From: Eledone cirrhosa
Lineage: Eukaryota
Length of the DNA: 64,000 bases
Assembly (NCBI GenBank): GCA_964016885.1
Contig: OZ024743.1
Span: 154,628,001 to 154,692,000, forward strand
Direction: 5' to 3'
In this document: piece after piece, positions 27,715 to 40,449 of the stretch
Position numbering within the stretch: the stretch's first letter is position 1
Layout of the letters: each line of letters begins with the position of its first letter
The notes under the pieces: generated by a model
Databases searched by the model: none
Told to the model about the DNA's origin: nothing
The model's input: the letters and a program-made list of their open reading frames with translations, nothing else
Position numbers and translations under genes: made by a program

Positions 27715-28285
27715 ATACCTTCCTGCCAGATGATTGAACGTTTGGAAGTATATACTTTCCTTATGCATATTAATGGCTGAGTAGCCCAATTTGCATATCG
27801 AGTGAGTTAATCGGCTTGGCGCACCGAAAACGATAAATGGAAAAAATGAAACGAAATATATATATATATAACCAAATATTAGTATGATTCGTTGATTACT
27901 TAACGAATACCACATAGCTATGCCCAAATGTATATTCATGTATTTATCTATGCTTTATACTATAACAAATTATTCCCCTTAGTCTCTCTATCCTTGATCA
28001 ATTCTCTTTTGCTTTCTATACTTCTAGTAAGTATATTTTTTCCTCATCTGATTCTCTCTGTCTTTCTTCTTTCTTACTTTTTTCTTCAATAATTTAAATT
28101 ATTTGAATCTCTAACAGTTATGTATCTATTGTTAAGCCTTCTTACACGCACCCTCTGTATTATATGTAAATGTGTTCATGTCTCAATCTTAAGGTATATA
28201 ATTATTGAGTCTTGTCATATCATAGTCACTAACCATGACTGAACCATAACCATCTACTATGTCAGGGTATGTCATGAATCATCTT

Positions 28286-28350
28286 CTATTATCTGATGAG
28301 GACGTACTTTTGAAGATAGCTTAGTACTTCTGAAATATGTATAATAAAAT
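28286..28350 (+). ncRNA. Type I hammerhead ribozyme
   Basis: cuauuau-CUGAUGA-gga.guacu...aguacuucu-GAAA-uaugua-UA-auaaaau. Confidence 0.75.
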
Positions 28351-28392
28351 ATACTAGATCACACGAATGTCTATTTTTGTTAACATTTTGAA

Positions 28393-28455
<63 letters not shown>

Positions 28456-28595
28456 AAGGTTAAACAAGGTTCACTCAATAAATCAAAGAATAACGTTTTA
28501 CAATAGATTGGAAGCACTCCACAGTTATGGTTTTCCGGGGTTATTAAGATTAATTCAAGATATTAACAAAACTAGACATTCGTGTGATCAAGTAT

Positions 28596-28660
28596 ATGCT
28601 ATTATACATATTTCAGAGGTACTGAGCTATCTTCAACAGTACATCCTCATCAGATAAAAT
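28596..28660 (-). ncRNA. Type I hammerhead ribozyme
   Basis: auuuuau-CUGAUGA-gga.guacug...caguaccucu-GAAA-uaugua-UA-auagcau. Confidence 0.75.
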
Positions 28661-28820
28661 AAGATGATGCATGACATACCCTGACTAAGTAGATGCTTAA
28701 GATGCAGTCGTGGCAGTGAATAAGATATAATAAAACTCAATATGTATATACCTTAAGATTGAGACATAAAAATGTACATATAATACAGAGGGTTCGTGTG
28801 AGAAAGCGTATAAAAATACA

Positions 28821-28933
28821 TAATTGTTTCTACTTTTTGGCACAAAGCCAGCAATTACCCAGTGCATTACTGGTACTTTATTTTATCGACCCCGTAAAGA
28901 TGAAAGGCAAAGTCAACCTCGGCGGGATTTTAA
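28821..28933 (-). mobile_element. SINE family 1, 5'-truncated
   Basis: Reverse complement of the family 1 core and tail. Confidence 0.85.
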
Positions 28934-29265
28934 CCAACTACTAACATAACAGAAATTTACATAACTTTAAGAGATTCAAATAATTTAAATTATTGAAGAT
29001 AGAAGACAGACAGCGAGAGAAACAGATGAGGAAAAGGATAGTTACTAGAAGTATAGAAATATATTATGCACGAAAGCAAAATAGAATTGACTAAGGATAG
29101 AGAGACAAGGAAGAATAATGTTTATAGTATAAAGCATAGAGAGGGAGATTAGTATTGTCGTGGATAAATAGCGTATAATTAGATGATGCAAAAAAATATA
29201 TATAAATAAATAAATAAATATACCATTGGGCATAGCTTAATATATGTTTATTTTATATATATATA

Positions 29266-29347
<82 letters not shown>

Positions 29348-29906
29348 AATCTATTTCTGGTTGATATGTAATGCTCAGATCCATTTATTGGAATCTTTGA
29401 GCTTATTCTACAGTAGATATAGCGTATGTCTCTCAGACATTACAACCCTTAATTTTACTTTTGGATATATATACGGCCCCTTGATTGTTGCGCTAATTCA
29501 GTTGAATAGACTCGGCTGCTATTTCTGGCTGTCAATGGTCCTATTCACGCCACTGGGATGGCGTTGTGCAATGTGTCTATTTTTTTTTTAATGCAATGCG
29601 TGGTTCGAGTCATTCACAGATTTGCATTTGCTTTGTAAACGCAGATAGTTATCTTCTCCTTTGGTGACCATCCGTGAATTTGACTACTGAGAATTACGGA
29701 TTAATTGGTGAAATATATTTCTTACTTAAAGAAATATATACAAAGGATATTAATCATTTTAAAATGTAACTATATTTGAAGTTCCAGTTAAACTTTAATT
29801 AGTTATCTACCTAGCTATGCGTGCTTACATTCTTTACAAATTATTCCATGTGATTGTTTCATATGTTTATTTTATATATATATATATGTTAATCTTTTTC
29901 TAGTTG

Positions 29907-30020
<114 letters not shown>

Positions 30021-30059
30021 GATATTAATACATGAAAACTATATTTATAAATACATATT

Positions 30060-30124
30060 TATTTCATTATACATATTTCAGGGATACCAAATTAAATCAT
30101 GGTAAGCCTTCATCAGACAAAATA
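30060..30124 (-). ncRNA. Type I hammerhead ribozyme
   Basis: uauuuugu-CUGAUGA-agg..uacca...ugguaucccu-GAAA-uaugua-UA-augaaaua. Confidence 0.8.
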
Positions 30125-30383
30125 CAATATATAACAGTTTTACAAATAAGCTTTGACGTACCCTTTTAAAATGCAACAATTATTTTTGGAAGCCATCTGG
30201 ATAGTGAATTGTTTATATTATTTTAATAAGTCTTAGTGTTAAGGACAATTAGAAAAAGACGGAGAGAAAGAAAAAAGACGGAGAGAGAGAAAAAAACGGG
30301 AGAGATAGTAAGATAGTGGTTTCTCAAATTTTAGTATATTGATCTTAAGTTTTAAACTAAACATATAATCATTATTAAACAAT

Positions 30384-30566
30384 GGCGGTGAATTGGCAGT
30401 ATCGGTAGAGGGTCGGACACCTTGCTTTGACACTTAGAGTTACGGTTCTGAGTTCAAATCCCGCCGAGGTTTATTTTGCCTTTCATCCTTACGGGGTCGA
30501 TAAAAATAAAGTACCAATAATATACTGGGTAATTGCTGGCCTTGTGCCAACAGTAGAAACAATTTT
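30384..30566 (+). mobile_element. SINE family 1, full length
   Basis: GGCGGTGAATTGGCAG head, GAGTTCAAATCC B box, core and tail. Confidence 0.85.
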
Positions 30567-31092
30567 TAATTTCTCATATTATATATTTATGTCCTATTCA
30601 TGAATATTAATATTTATATTGTTATTATTCATTTCATATAAATTGTTAACTCAACTTAATATGACATGGCGTAAAGTTTTCATTATCTGCCCCTCTCTCT
30701 ATATATTATTTCTCTCTCTTGAGTTTTTCTATCTGTCTGATGACTTGATATCTCTCTGTTGCTTTCCTCTGTTTTTCTTATTTCTTCCTTTTTTCTTTTT
30801 TCTTTCTTTCCTCCTGTCTTTATTTATCTCTCTCTTTTTTCTCCATGCATTTTTCTCTCTCCGATATTTCTCCACGTTTCTTTCTTTTTTTTTCTTTTTC
30901 TTTTTTATCTCTCTCTCCGTTTTTTTTCTCTCTCTCCGTCTTTTGTCTTTCTCTCCCTATTTTTCTAATTGTCCTTAACACTAAGACTTATTAAAATAAT
31001 ATAAACAATTCACTATCCAGATGGCTTCCAAAAATAATGCTTGCATTTTAAAAGGGTACGTCAAAACTTATTTGTAAAACTGTTATCTATTG

Positions 31093-31157
31093 TATTTTGT
31101 CTGATGAAGGCATACAATGATTTAATTTGGTATCCCTGAAATATGTATAATGAAATA
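31093..31157 (+). ncRNA. Type I hammerhead ribozyme
   Basis: 8-bp stem I (uauuuugu/augaaaua with GU pairs), CUGAUGA, agg.auac/guau.ccu stem II, GAAA, uaugua, UA. Confidence 0.82.
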
Positions 31158-31285
31158 AAAATGGTTTTATAAATATAGTTTCCATTTATTAATATCGTAT
31201 ATCTACTCCAAATAATTGTCGAGTTCTTTATATCAGTTATAAAAATATTTACTTGTTGTATCCCAACAATTTTAAATAGAACTTT

Positions 31286-31387
<102 letters not shown>

Positions 31388-31824
31388 TGTATGTATGTAT
31401 TTTCAGCAAAAATGAAACAAATTAGGATTAGTGCTCTGAAATAGCGATATATACATGGATGTATGTATAGTATATTTGGCAATATACCGTATGTTTAATT
31501 ACATTTTGAATACCTTGCGCTATCATTGTAAAGTAGTCACTATGTCACTTACTTCTTTTTTCGGCAAAGGTATGGAGAGAAGCTGACAGATTCTGATTAT
31601 TACTGGAATTCTATAAGAATCCAGCCCCTATAATTTATATATATATATATATATAATGTTACTGGCACACTTTATCCAATAATAAATGTACGGCCCTCTG
31701 GTGTCCATGAGCCAGTCAATGTGTCCCCCCGATACATACGTTTTACATACCCCTACTCTATGTGTATTTCTCATTTTCTATTGGACGGGCAAACGGGAAG
31801 CGCCATTGATCTAGCTAAACCGGT

Positions 31825-32310
31825 TATGCGGGAACTTTATTTTATGACTTCAAATCTGGCCTATACTCACCAGCATCAGTTCGCCTCATTAGCAATGCTC
31901 TTGTGTCACACAACATATGTGAACGTAGTGCCAGGGACAGTTTGGTGCGCTTCCTTTCCGGTCATTACAGGCTTTAAAATCGACGTCCATCCGACTTCAA
32001 TGACAAATAACAGCGTGAGCTGGTGGAAGCTCGCCCATGCCAGATATCCCGGAAAAATAGCCGAAGTGATTTGGGCATCGAAAAAAAAATACATCCTAAA
32101 GCTCTTGCACGCAATAAGGAAGGTGACAAGCTTGACAAATAGGTTCCTCGCAATTTGACTGACCGTAATCGTGAATGTCTTACGAGAGCTGTGATTACTC
32201 TGCTTTCCTCATCTCACCACTAACAGTTTACATTCCGTTGTCACTGTTGATGAACAAATGGTGTTACTATATTAATCTTTAGTGCAAGGGCTCGTGAGTT
32301 GATAAAGAGA
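31825..32310 (+). pseudogene. Mariner transposase N-terminal relic
   Basis: GRPSDFND..ELVEARP, KLDK*VPRNLTDRNRE (WVPHEL-like) and VVTVDE-KWCYYIN (first catalytic D), across frameshifts. Confidence 0.7.
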
Positions 32311-32509
32311 ATGCGCCACAACGGCAACCAAGGTGTGGCCTAATATATATATATGTATAGGTGGTCTAGCATGGCCTCAGCCGGATGGCTGGAACAGGTA
32401 AAAGAGTAAAGGAGTAAAGATATATATATATATAGCGAATACAAATTGTATGAGTATGTAGGCGTTCTTTGATTTCTTTTACACATATATGTATATCTAT
32501 ATATATATA

Positions 32510-33372
32510 TATATAAAGAAAAGATGAATATAAAATGAAAGTGCATTTATAAAGGAATTTATTAGGTATTGACATTTGTTTCTGTAACAGACGGAATACC
32601 TATGTATCGCTGCTTGCGTAATCATATAATCTTAGCAAGTATTCGATAGCAAATGTATAATCAGTTGTAACTTCTTCAGATATATTGGATAAATTGGAAA
32701 AAAATCAGAAAAATTGAAGTATTTATATTAGTTGTAAGAAAGGAAGAAGAGAGGGGATAGAATATGACAGATGGCAATTCAATTTACTGGTAAACAAGTA
32801 TATAGAAGATTTTTAATGAGAATACAATGAGTATATGGCTTATTTTATCTGAATAAGAATTTTGGGAGTGCCTATTTTAATCTATATTTGACCAATTGAA
32901 CAATGGACAGGGCTGGTCGTTTGGTGTAGTAGTATTAATACATATATAAAGTGTCAATTAAGGAAGAGGGAGATTTTCACTGCTACTGTATAACAACAAT
33001 GCTGGTAGCCTGCTAGTATATGCATTAGGGAAATTAAGAATTCTCATTTTATCTATAGCAGTTTATATTAAATGGTAAAGAATAGAAGAGTTGATAGAAT
33101 TAAGACTAATAGAGAATGTTAATATGTATTTTGACAATCAAACGGAGATGGAGACAGGTGTTCAATCCTGGTAGCGTTTGTAATATGAAAATGTAGATTT
33201 CAAGCGATGGTTACAGTATAACGATCGCTCTATTCTGTTATTTAATAAACTATTTATGGATTTCATAATACAAAATAATTCCATATAACACAATTTACCA
33301 AATTCCTGTCCTTGTTTATGCAGAGGCTTGTACTATTATATCCCATTTTAGGTTAAATTGTTGGTTAATTTC
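32510..33372 (-). mobile_element. 5'-truncated PLE (end of GIY-YIG plus 3' UTR) with a degenerate long-stem-II hammerhead at 32566-32685
   Basis: FNLKWDII..KLCYMELFCI..LLNNRIE..CNHRLKSTFSYY aligns with the C-terminus of PLE-B; CUGAAGA...~90 nt...GAAA-caaaug-UC in sense orientation. Confidence 0.7.
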
Positions 33373-33585
33373 GCGCAGCTGCCAAGCCTTGTCTGCGAGT
33401 GTTGTTACATAACGCTGTTGTTACCCGATAACACATGAAAACCAGCGTTATGTAACAACACTATAGAAAGACAGTTCATCGCCAACAATTACGAGATCCA
33501 ACCACGAAACAGATACCACTCAGTGCACATCTAGACATTTGCGCAAGTAATAAGACACCCGAATTCCATGTCTTCCCATTTTACC

Positions 33586-34200
33586 TTTGCACTGACAATA
33601 CAACAGTTGAAATACGAATAAATAAGGAAAATATGTTTATTCAAAAATATAGACCAGCATTAAATATGGTTTAATATACATTATGTCAACACCAAAACAT
33701 GCTAACCAACCAAACAGACACATACACACACACACATAACTCCTTCTACTTTAGAAAATAAAAACCCGAACTAAATAAACCTTAACATACGTTTGCGCTG
33801 ACAATACAACAGAATAAATACGAATAAGTAAAGAAAATATGTTCATTCAAAAATCTTCCTACTAACGGAATCATTTTCCTGAAACACACACATACACAAA
33901 CACACAAAATATATATTCTCTTCATCTTAACATGCTAACCATACTCCCAAAAACACATAACACCCATACACACACACATAACTCCCTCCCCCATTTCTAC
34001 TAATAGAATCACTTTCCTACACACAGACACACAAAATATATATATATTCTCTCCATTTTAACGTATTCCCGCCCACACACACAACCCCCTCCCCCATGTC
34101 TACCAATAGAATCAGCTTCCTATACACACACACACACACACACACACCAACACAAATAAACATACATATGTCTACTCTCTTTATTTCAATAGAAAATCTG
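33586..34200. repeat. Local degenerate duplications (63-bp segment at 33586 and 33792; three CTAC.AA..GAATCA..TTCCT units)
   Basis: Direct comparison. Confidence 0.6.
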
Positions 34201-34283
34201 AACTCTGACACCCCAGCGAACTAGCCATATTCACTGAACCAGAACAATTCTCCAATCCCATTTCTCTTGATCATTCTTTTGCT

Positions 34284-34713
34284 TGTCATAAAATACTCTA
34301 AAAGGCTACGAAATAAATTCCCCAAAGCGGGCGCGGAACATGTTCACGTGATAGTCATAATTATACATTTACAACCAATCAAATTGCATTTAAAAAAAAA
34401 GCCTTCAGGAGCCACTTTTTTTATTGTCATAAAATTCTCTATAAGGCTACAAAATAAATTCCCAAATACGGGCGCGAAATTTAATGAACTTGTCAGGTGA
34501 CAGTATTAATTTCATTTATAACCAATCAAATTACATTTAAAAAAAAAGCCTTCGTGACCCCCCTTTTGTTAAGTAAAAAGAAATTCAAACACTCATATAT
34601 GAAAAACTCAACCGGAGAACCCCCCCCCCCCGCACACACACACACTTGTTTGAAGAGCTTTGTAACGCGAGCTGGCCCGAAATTTATTATACTTTTTGAC
34701 CAACCAATCAAAT
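34284..34713. promoter_or_regulatory. Tandemly duplicated module with CCAAT, E-box and E2F-like motifs (possible promoter)
   Basis: AACCAATCAAATT at 34375, 34522 and 34704; CACGTG at 34345 and CAGGTG at 34494; GGCGCGAAA at 34471. Confidence 0.3.
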
Positions 34714-35008
34714 TACTTCTATAAACACCTGGCGTTTCGAGCCACATTTTTTCCATATAAAACAAGTAACATTCAAAGACCAACCAGATGGGAGAAAAAC
34801 CAGAGACCCTCCATCTCAACTCTACCTTTGAAAATCAGAAGAACAGCGAAACCGCTAAAGGAACCAAATAAATATATATATATTTAAATAAGACTCCAGT
34901 TGCATTTTCGATTTCATCTTTTTTTCTTTATACATTCACTCGTGTAGGGCACATCGGTTATTTTTCATTTTGTAAAAAAATCTCACTTTCCAATATATAT
35001 ATATATAT

Positions 35009-35495
35009 ATATTGTTATATTTGGGGAGGGTCATATTTGCGTAATATTGCCAGAATTAATAACAGAACACACTCACTGTTTGGTTGGTTTTCGCTTCTCG
35101 CTGTCTTTTATATATATATATCTGCGATCTAACTTACTCGGTCCTCAATGTTGCCATTTTCATATTGACTGTTATTGTGTGTTTTAGCCGTTTAGCCGAT
35201 GTTGCAGATGTGCAACGAAAGATTTATGTAAACTATATATATATGTGTTTGTCTATATTGTATCTGTATTATTTTTGACCGCCGGTCAGTCAATGGCAAC
35301 ATTGAGGACCGAGTAAGTTAGATCGCAGATATATATATATAAAAGACAGCGAGAAGCGAAAACCAACCAAACAGTGAGTGTGTTCTGTTATTAATTCTGG
35401 CAATATTACGCAAATATGACCCTCCCCAAATATAACAATATCTGTTTCGACACACGATTTCATATAAAAAACCTCGCAAAACTAATTCATCGCCG

Positions 35496-35496
<1 letters not shown>
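35009..35496. mobile_element. Fold-back mini-element between (TA)n tracts; perfect 150-bp arms (35009-35158 and 35292-35441)
   Basis: Arms identical by eye, including an internal (AT)6; a diverged family member lies at 39819-40079. Confidence 0.85.
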
Positions 35497-35567
<71 letters not shown>

Positions 35568-36476
35568 AGAGAGAGAGAGAGAGAGATATTTATTAAAATA
35601 ACAGATTAAAGTTTAAGCAAATAATCGCTGCTTTCACCCTCAACGGGATCTTCTGAAACTAACAAACTCAATCTGTGAACGCAGAAGTGAATATTTCAAA
35701 ATACGTTGCAACCGCAGGAAGACAGGAAGACGATACTTTGGTTCGTGGAAACGTTCCCTGGCAAAGAACAGAAAAAAAACGAATATATTGCGTCATTATT
35801 TGGAGCGGTGAAAAACAATTACACGCAAAGAGAAAACCACGTTTACGGTATAAAAGATGTCGTAGACTAATATTCTATTTGGTGGTTCATAGAGACGTTC
35901 TCTGGCAATGAACGGCAAAAAAGGAAGATAATACGTCATATGTGGGGCGTGGATGAACAATTGCACGCAAAGACAAAACCACGTAAATGGTATAACTGAA
36001 GTCGTAGACTAAAATTCTAACTAGGAAACCGAATGATTCTCGGCTTCAGAGTTAAGAATAAAGTAAATAAAATACAGAGGTAATTGAAATTAAATAAATA
36101 CATACACGCATCCAAATGCGTACATACACAAGCATACGCGAAAACACTCGCCATAGGTATACAAATACACGCACATATAAATATGTGTGTGTGTGTATGT
36201 GCGTGTCTACAAATAATTAAATAAACGTATATAAATTAATAAATACGTATATAACAAGCGCACACACATACATACATGTAAATACACAAATGTTCGGAGA
36301 CTACGTCAACCAAAACACGAAGTACACATATACACACACCCTACATACGTACGAACCCGCATACTCACATAGACGCAAAACTCACGTATACACATCTCTT
36401 TGGATTTTAGTCTTCAAATTTATTATTATTACTATTTGGCTCCCTCGGTTGAGCAATCTATTGACTCATATTCATC

Positions 36477-38566
36477 ATGCAGAAACAACATCTGAATATT
36501 TCTACAAATAACATACCCGTACCAAGCCAGAAAACATACCTAAAACTCCTGATACATAAAACAGACGCGTTCATTAAAAGGTTGCGATGGCGTGCTTTTT
36601 ATTTAGATAATCAGCGAAAAGCAGACAACAAACAGGATAAATGTGGGTTTAAAACCTATAATAACCCTCCCTGTAACGCAGCATTCGAAAATGATATCTT
36701 GGAACTGATACGGAGTATCAAATTTCGGAATAGGAGCAATTCTTTCCAGCAGTACCTGAATAATAGAATTCCTTCTATTAAGGAATCTAATGCCGTGCAC
36801 GTCCAATCCGACAAAACTGGCAAACTATATCAAGTGGAGCGCAGTAATTACCATCAATTACAAGATAATGCTGTAACTAAGGATTACCGTAAAACTAATC
36901 GGTGCGTCACTAATGAGATCAACGATGCTGTGTTTAAAATCACCTCTGATCTCAACAGCCTGGACCGGACCGAACCTCTGGACCCTATATCTCCCCACTT
37001 TACCCTGAAGGATCACAAATCCAATTTTCCGAATATTTATTACGGCTTATTAACTCTACGTATTCCGATTTAGGTAGACTTAGTAAAAGGATTCCTGATA
37101 GAATTATACCTGGAATTAGAAGTTTGGCCCCTCTTGCACTGTGGAACAATTCTTTCGCGGTGATTGATTGGTTCAACGGCATATGCAACAAGGAACATTG
37201 CCCTTTTATCCAATTCGACATCAATAATTACTACTCCTCCATCACTTTACCACTTCGCCTTAGATCTATCAATTTCGCTAAAACACTCACAGTGGTTAAG
37301 AATTTCGAAGTTGATGTCATCCTCAATGCCCGTAAGTCGGTGATTAATTTCGACGACTCTATTTGGATTAAAAAAGATAATAGTACCCCATTCGACGTGA
37401 GTATGGGCGCCAGCGATTCTGCGGAGGTTACTGTTCTTATCGGCCTTTTCCTTCTTTTCCCTATCAAGGACGTATTCCCCAATGTGGGCGGTGGTTTGTA
37501 CCGTCATGATGGTCGTTTGACCATGACTAAGTGCGGCCCACGTGCTTGCAACAGGTTCAGAAAAAAACTCACAGACTTCATTAAAGGCTTTAACCTCTCT
37601 ATACAGGTTGGGGCCAACCTCTCGGTCGTTAATTACATCGACCCTCTATTTATCGAATGGCTTGTATTACCCGTATAGAAAGCCGAATGATATGCTTAAT
37701 TACATAAGTAAGCATTCTAACTATCCTGTCAGCATAACCAAGAACCTGGTAAGAAACGTTTCTTTGAGGCTTTCCCGTCTATCTACTAACGAGCATATTT
37801 TCAACGACCATTCCACATATTACAATGAAGCTCTTGTTCGGAGTGGATTTGTCGATAAGGTAGCATATACAGAGTACGAGAATAGACCTAGAAGAAATAG
37901 ATCCCGACGCATTATATGGTATAACCCACCATATAATATGGAGGTAGCCACCCCATTAGCTAAGATCTGTCTCTCCCTTATTACGAAGCATTTCCCCCTA
38001 CACATAAACATAGTAACATTTTTAATAGAAATACTATTAACATTTCTTACTCTACGACTTCAGCTTCTAATTTAGCTAAACTACCTAGCCGTAGGAACAC
38101 GTGCAACCCTGTAGTTAGTACTAACTGTAATTGTAGGAATCGAGTTGACGGCCGCCTATCCGTGAAATGCCTCTCTAGTAACATTGTCTACAAATGTAAG
38201 GTTGAAACACCCACGCCCCGTAGGGCCTACATAGGGTTAACCGCCAATAGATTCAAGCAGCGTCTTTACATGCATACCCATTCTTTTCCTTACCCTCTAA
38301 GAAAGAATATGACGTCACTTTCAGCTTATATCTGGAGTCTAAAAGACAACCACACCCAATATAAGTTACACTGGGAGATCCTAGCTAAGGTTAGATCGTA
38401 TAACGGAAATAAAAGACGATGTGACATCTGCGCTGCTGAGGCCCTGGAAATACTCTACGCCACAGACCACATCTTAAACAAACAATCTGAGGCAATTTCG
38501 GCTTGTAAACATAAATTGCACAAAACTTTCCTGTATTACAGCCCCACATTATACCCTAACGGATAG
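36477..38566 (+). pseudogene. Frameshifted PLE RT plus GIY-YIG polyprotein
   Basis: SDKTG, LKDHK, FDINNYYSSI, FDVSMGASDSAEV, GLYRHDG, CNCRNR, IVYKCK..AYIGLTANRFKQRLYMH, CDIC..E, LNKQSE..CKH. Confidence 0.92.
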
Positions 38567-39490
38567 TACGATCTATACGCGGATATTTTACGTCTTGATG
38601 AGGTAGCTAAGTATATGTTATGTTTATACCATTACTTATTTGTATAGGTAAGTATATATTACCTGTATGTTTTGAGAGGGTACGTATACTTTCTCGTACA
38701 TATATTTGATTGTATATCTTATGGCGTATATTTTATATATTCTGGTACATAGGCTTTTGGTTATGTGTATACGTGAGTTTTGCGTCTATGTGAGTATGCG
38801 GGTTCGTACGTATGTAGGGTGTGTGTATATGTGTACTTCGTGTTTTGGTTGACGTTGTCTCCAAACATGTGTGTATTTACATGTAGGTATATGTGTGCGC
38901 TTGTTATATACGTATTTATTTATTCATATACGTTTATTTAATTATTTGTATAAACGCACACACACACATATTTATATGTGCGTGTATTTGTATACCTATG
39001 ACGAGTGTTTTCACGTATGCTTATGTATGTACGTATATGGATGCGTGTATGTATTTATTTAATTTCAATTGCCTCTGTATTTTATCTACTTTATTCTTAA
39101 CTCTGAAGCCCAGAATAATTCGGTTTCCTAGTTAGAATTTTAGTCTACGACTTCAGTTATACCATTTACGTGGTTTTGTCTTTGCGTGCAATTGTTCATC
39201 CACGCCCCACATATGACGTATTATCTTCGTTTTTTCCCGTTCATTGCCAGAGAACTTCTCTATGAACCACCTAATAGAATATTAGTCTACGACTTCTTTT
39301 ATACCGTAAACGTGGTTTTCTCTTTGCGTGTAATTGTTTTTCACCGCTCCAAATAATGACGTATTATATTCGTTTTTTCCCGTTCTTTGCCAGGCAGCGT
39401 CTCCACGAACCAAAGTATCGTCTTCCTGTCTTCCTGCGGTTGCAACGTTTTTTGAAATATTAATTTCGGCGTTTACAGATTGAGTTTGTT

Positions 39491-39541
39491 AGTTTCAGAA
39501 GATCCCGTTGAGGGTGAAAGCAGCGATTCTTTGCTTAAACT
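39491..39541 (+). ncRNA. Variant hammerhead (CAGAAGA core) at the PLE-B 3' end; homologues at 13154-13204(-), 35610-35660(-), 57821-57871(+)
   Basis: aguuu-CAGAAGA-u.ccc.guuga.ggg.u-GAAA-gca...ugc-UU-aaacu; all three stems form. Confidence 0.65.
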
Positions 39542-39543
39542 TA

Positions 39544-39693
<150 letters not shown>

Positions 39694-39818
39694 AATTGGC
39701 ACTCTGAGACTGTCACTACTGTAAAACAATAGCATAAGGTCTTCGAAATGCTTTTAATTAAGCATACAGTATATTGCAAAATCCACTATATATACATTCA
39801 TATAAATATATATATATA

Positions 39819-40079
39819 TTAGTTTTGCGTAATTGTTGATATTTAATTGTGTGTCGAAACAAATAATATTGTTATACTTGGGGAGGGTCATATTGTTGTA
39901 ATAATATTGCCAGAATTAATAACAGAACACACTCACTGTTTGGTTGGTTTACAGTAATTTATTCGCTCCTCACCGTTTACCATTGACTGACCAACGGTCA
40001 AAAATACGGATGTAATATAGACACAAACACATATATATATAGTCTAACAAATTTCTTTCGTTGCACATCTGCAACATCG
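39819..40079. mobile_element. Second copy of the 35.0-35.5 kb mini-element
   Basis: Reverse complement of about 35197-35485, with indels. Confidence 0.75.
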
Positions 40080-40449
40080 ACAGTGGTGCTATTATGTTTC
40101 CTCCTGTTGTATCGTATGCCTAAGCCATCTTTATTTAATCTGTTTATTTATTTATTTATTTATTTTTGTCTTCTTATCTTCGCATGCGTTTGCTTATGTG
40201 TGTAGTGTTTGATTTGTTTTCGTGTTTGGGTGACTGTGTTTTGGTTATCGTATTATATATTAGTTTACCAGTGTGTGTTTATATGTGTTTGTTGTTATTG
40301 TGCTTGTGTATTTATTTATTTATTTATTTATTTATTTATATTTCTCTTAGGTCAGTATTCTTTGTTTCGGTGTTGTTGTTATTCCATTCATTTTCTTCTG
40401 TTTAGCTTTGGCCTTGTAAGTTCTATTTCACTGGCCTCTCTGATTTGCC

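Larger units (their letters stand above)
27914..29237. mobile_element. Diverged inverted pair of HHR-bearing elements (27914-28384 and 28563-29237) converging on a central (TA)n
   Basis: Arms align in reverse complement; the right arm carries a SINE insertion. Confidence 0.75.
35586..39541 (+). mobile_element. Penelope-like element family B, copy 1, with an ~800-bp 5' inverted pLTR (35586-36396)
   Basis: 35586-36393 is the reverse complement of 38763-39541 and beyond; (TA)n lies on both sides. Confidence 0.92.
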
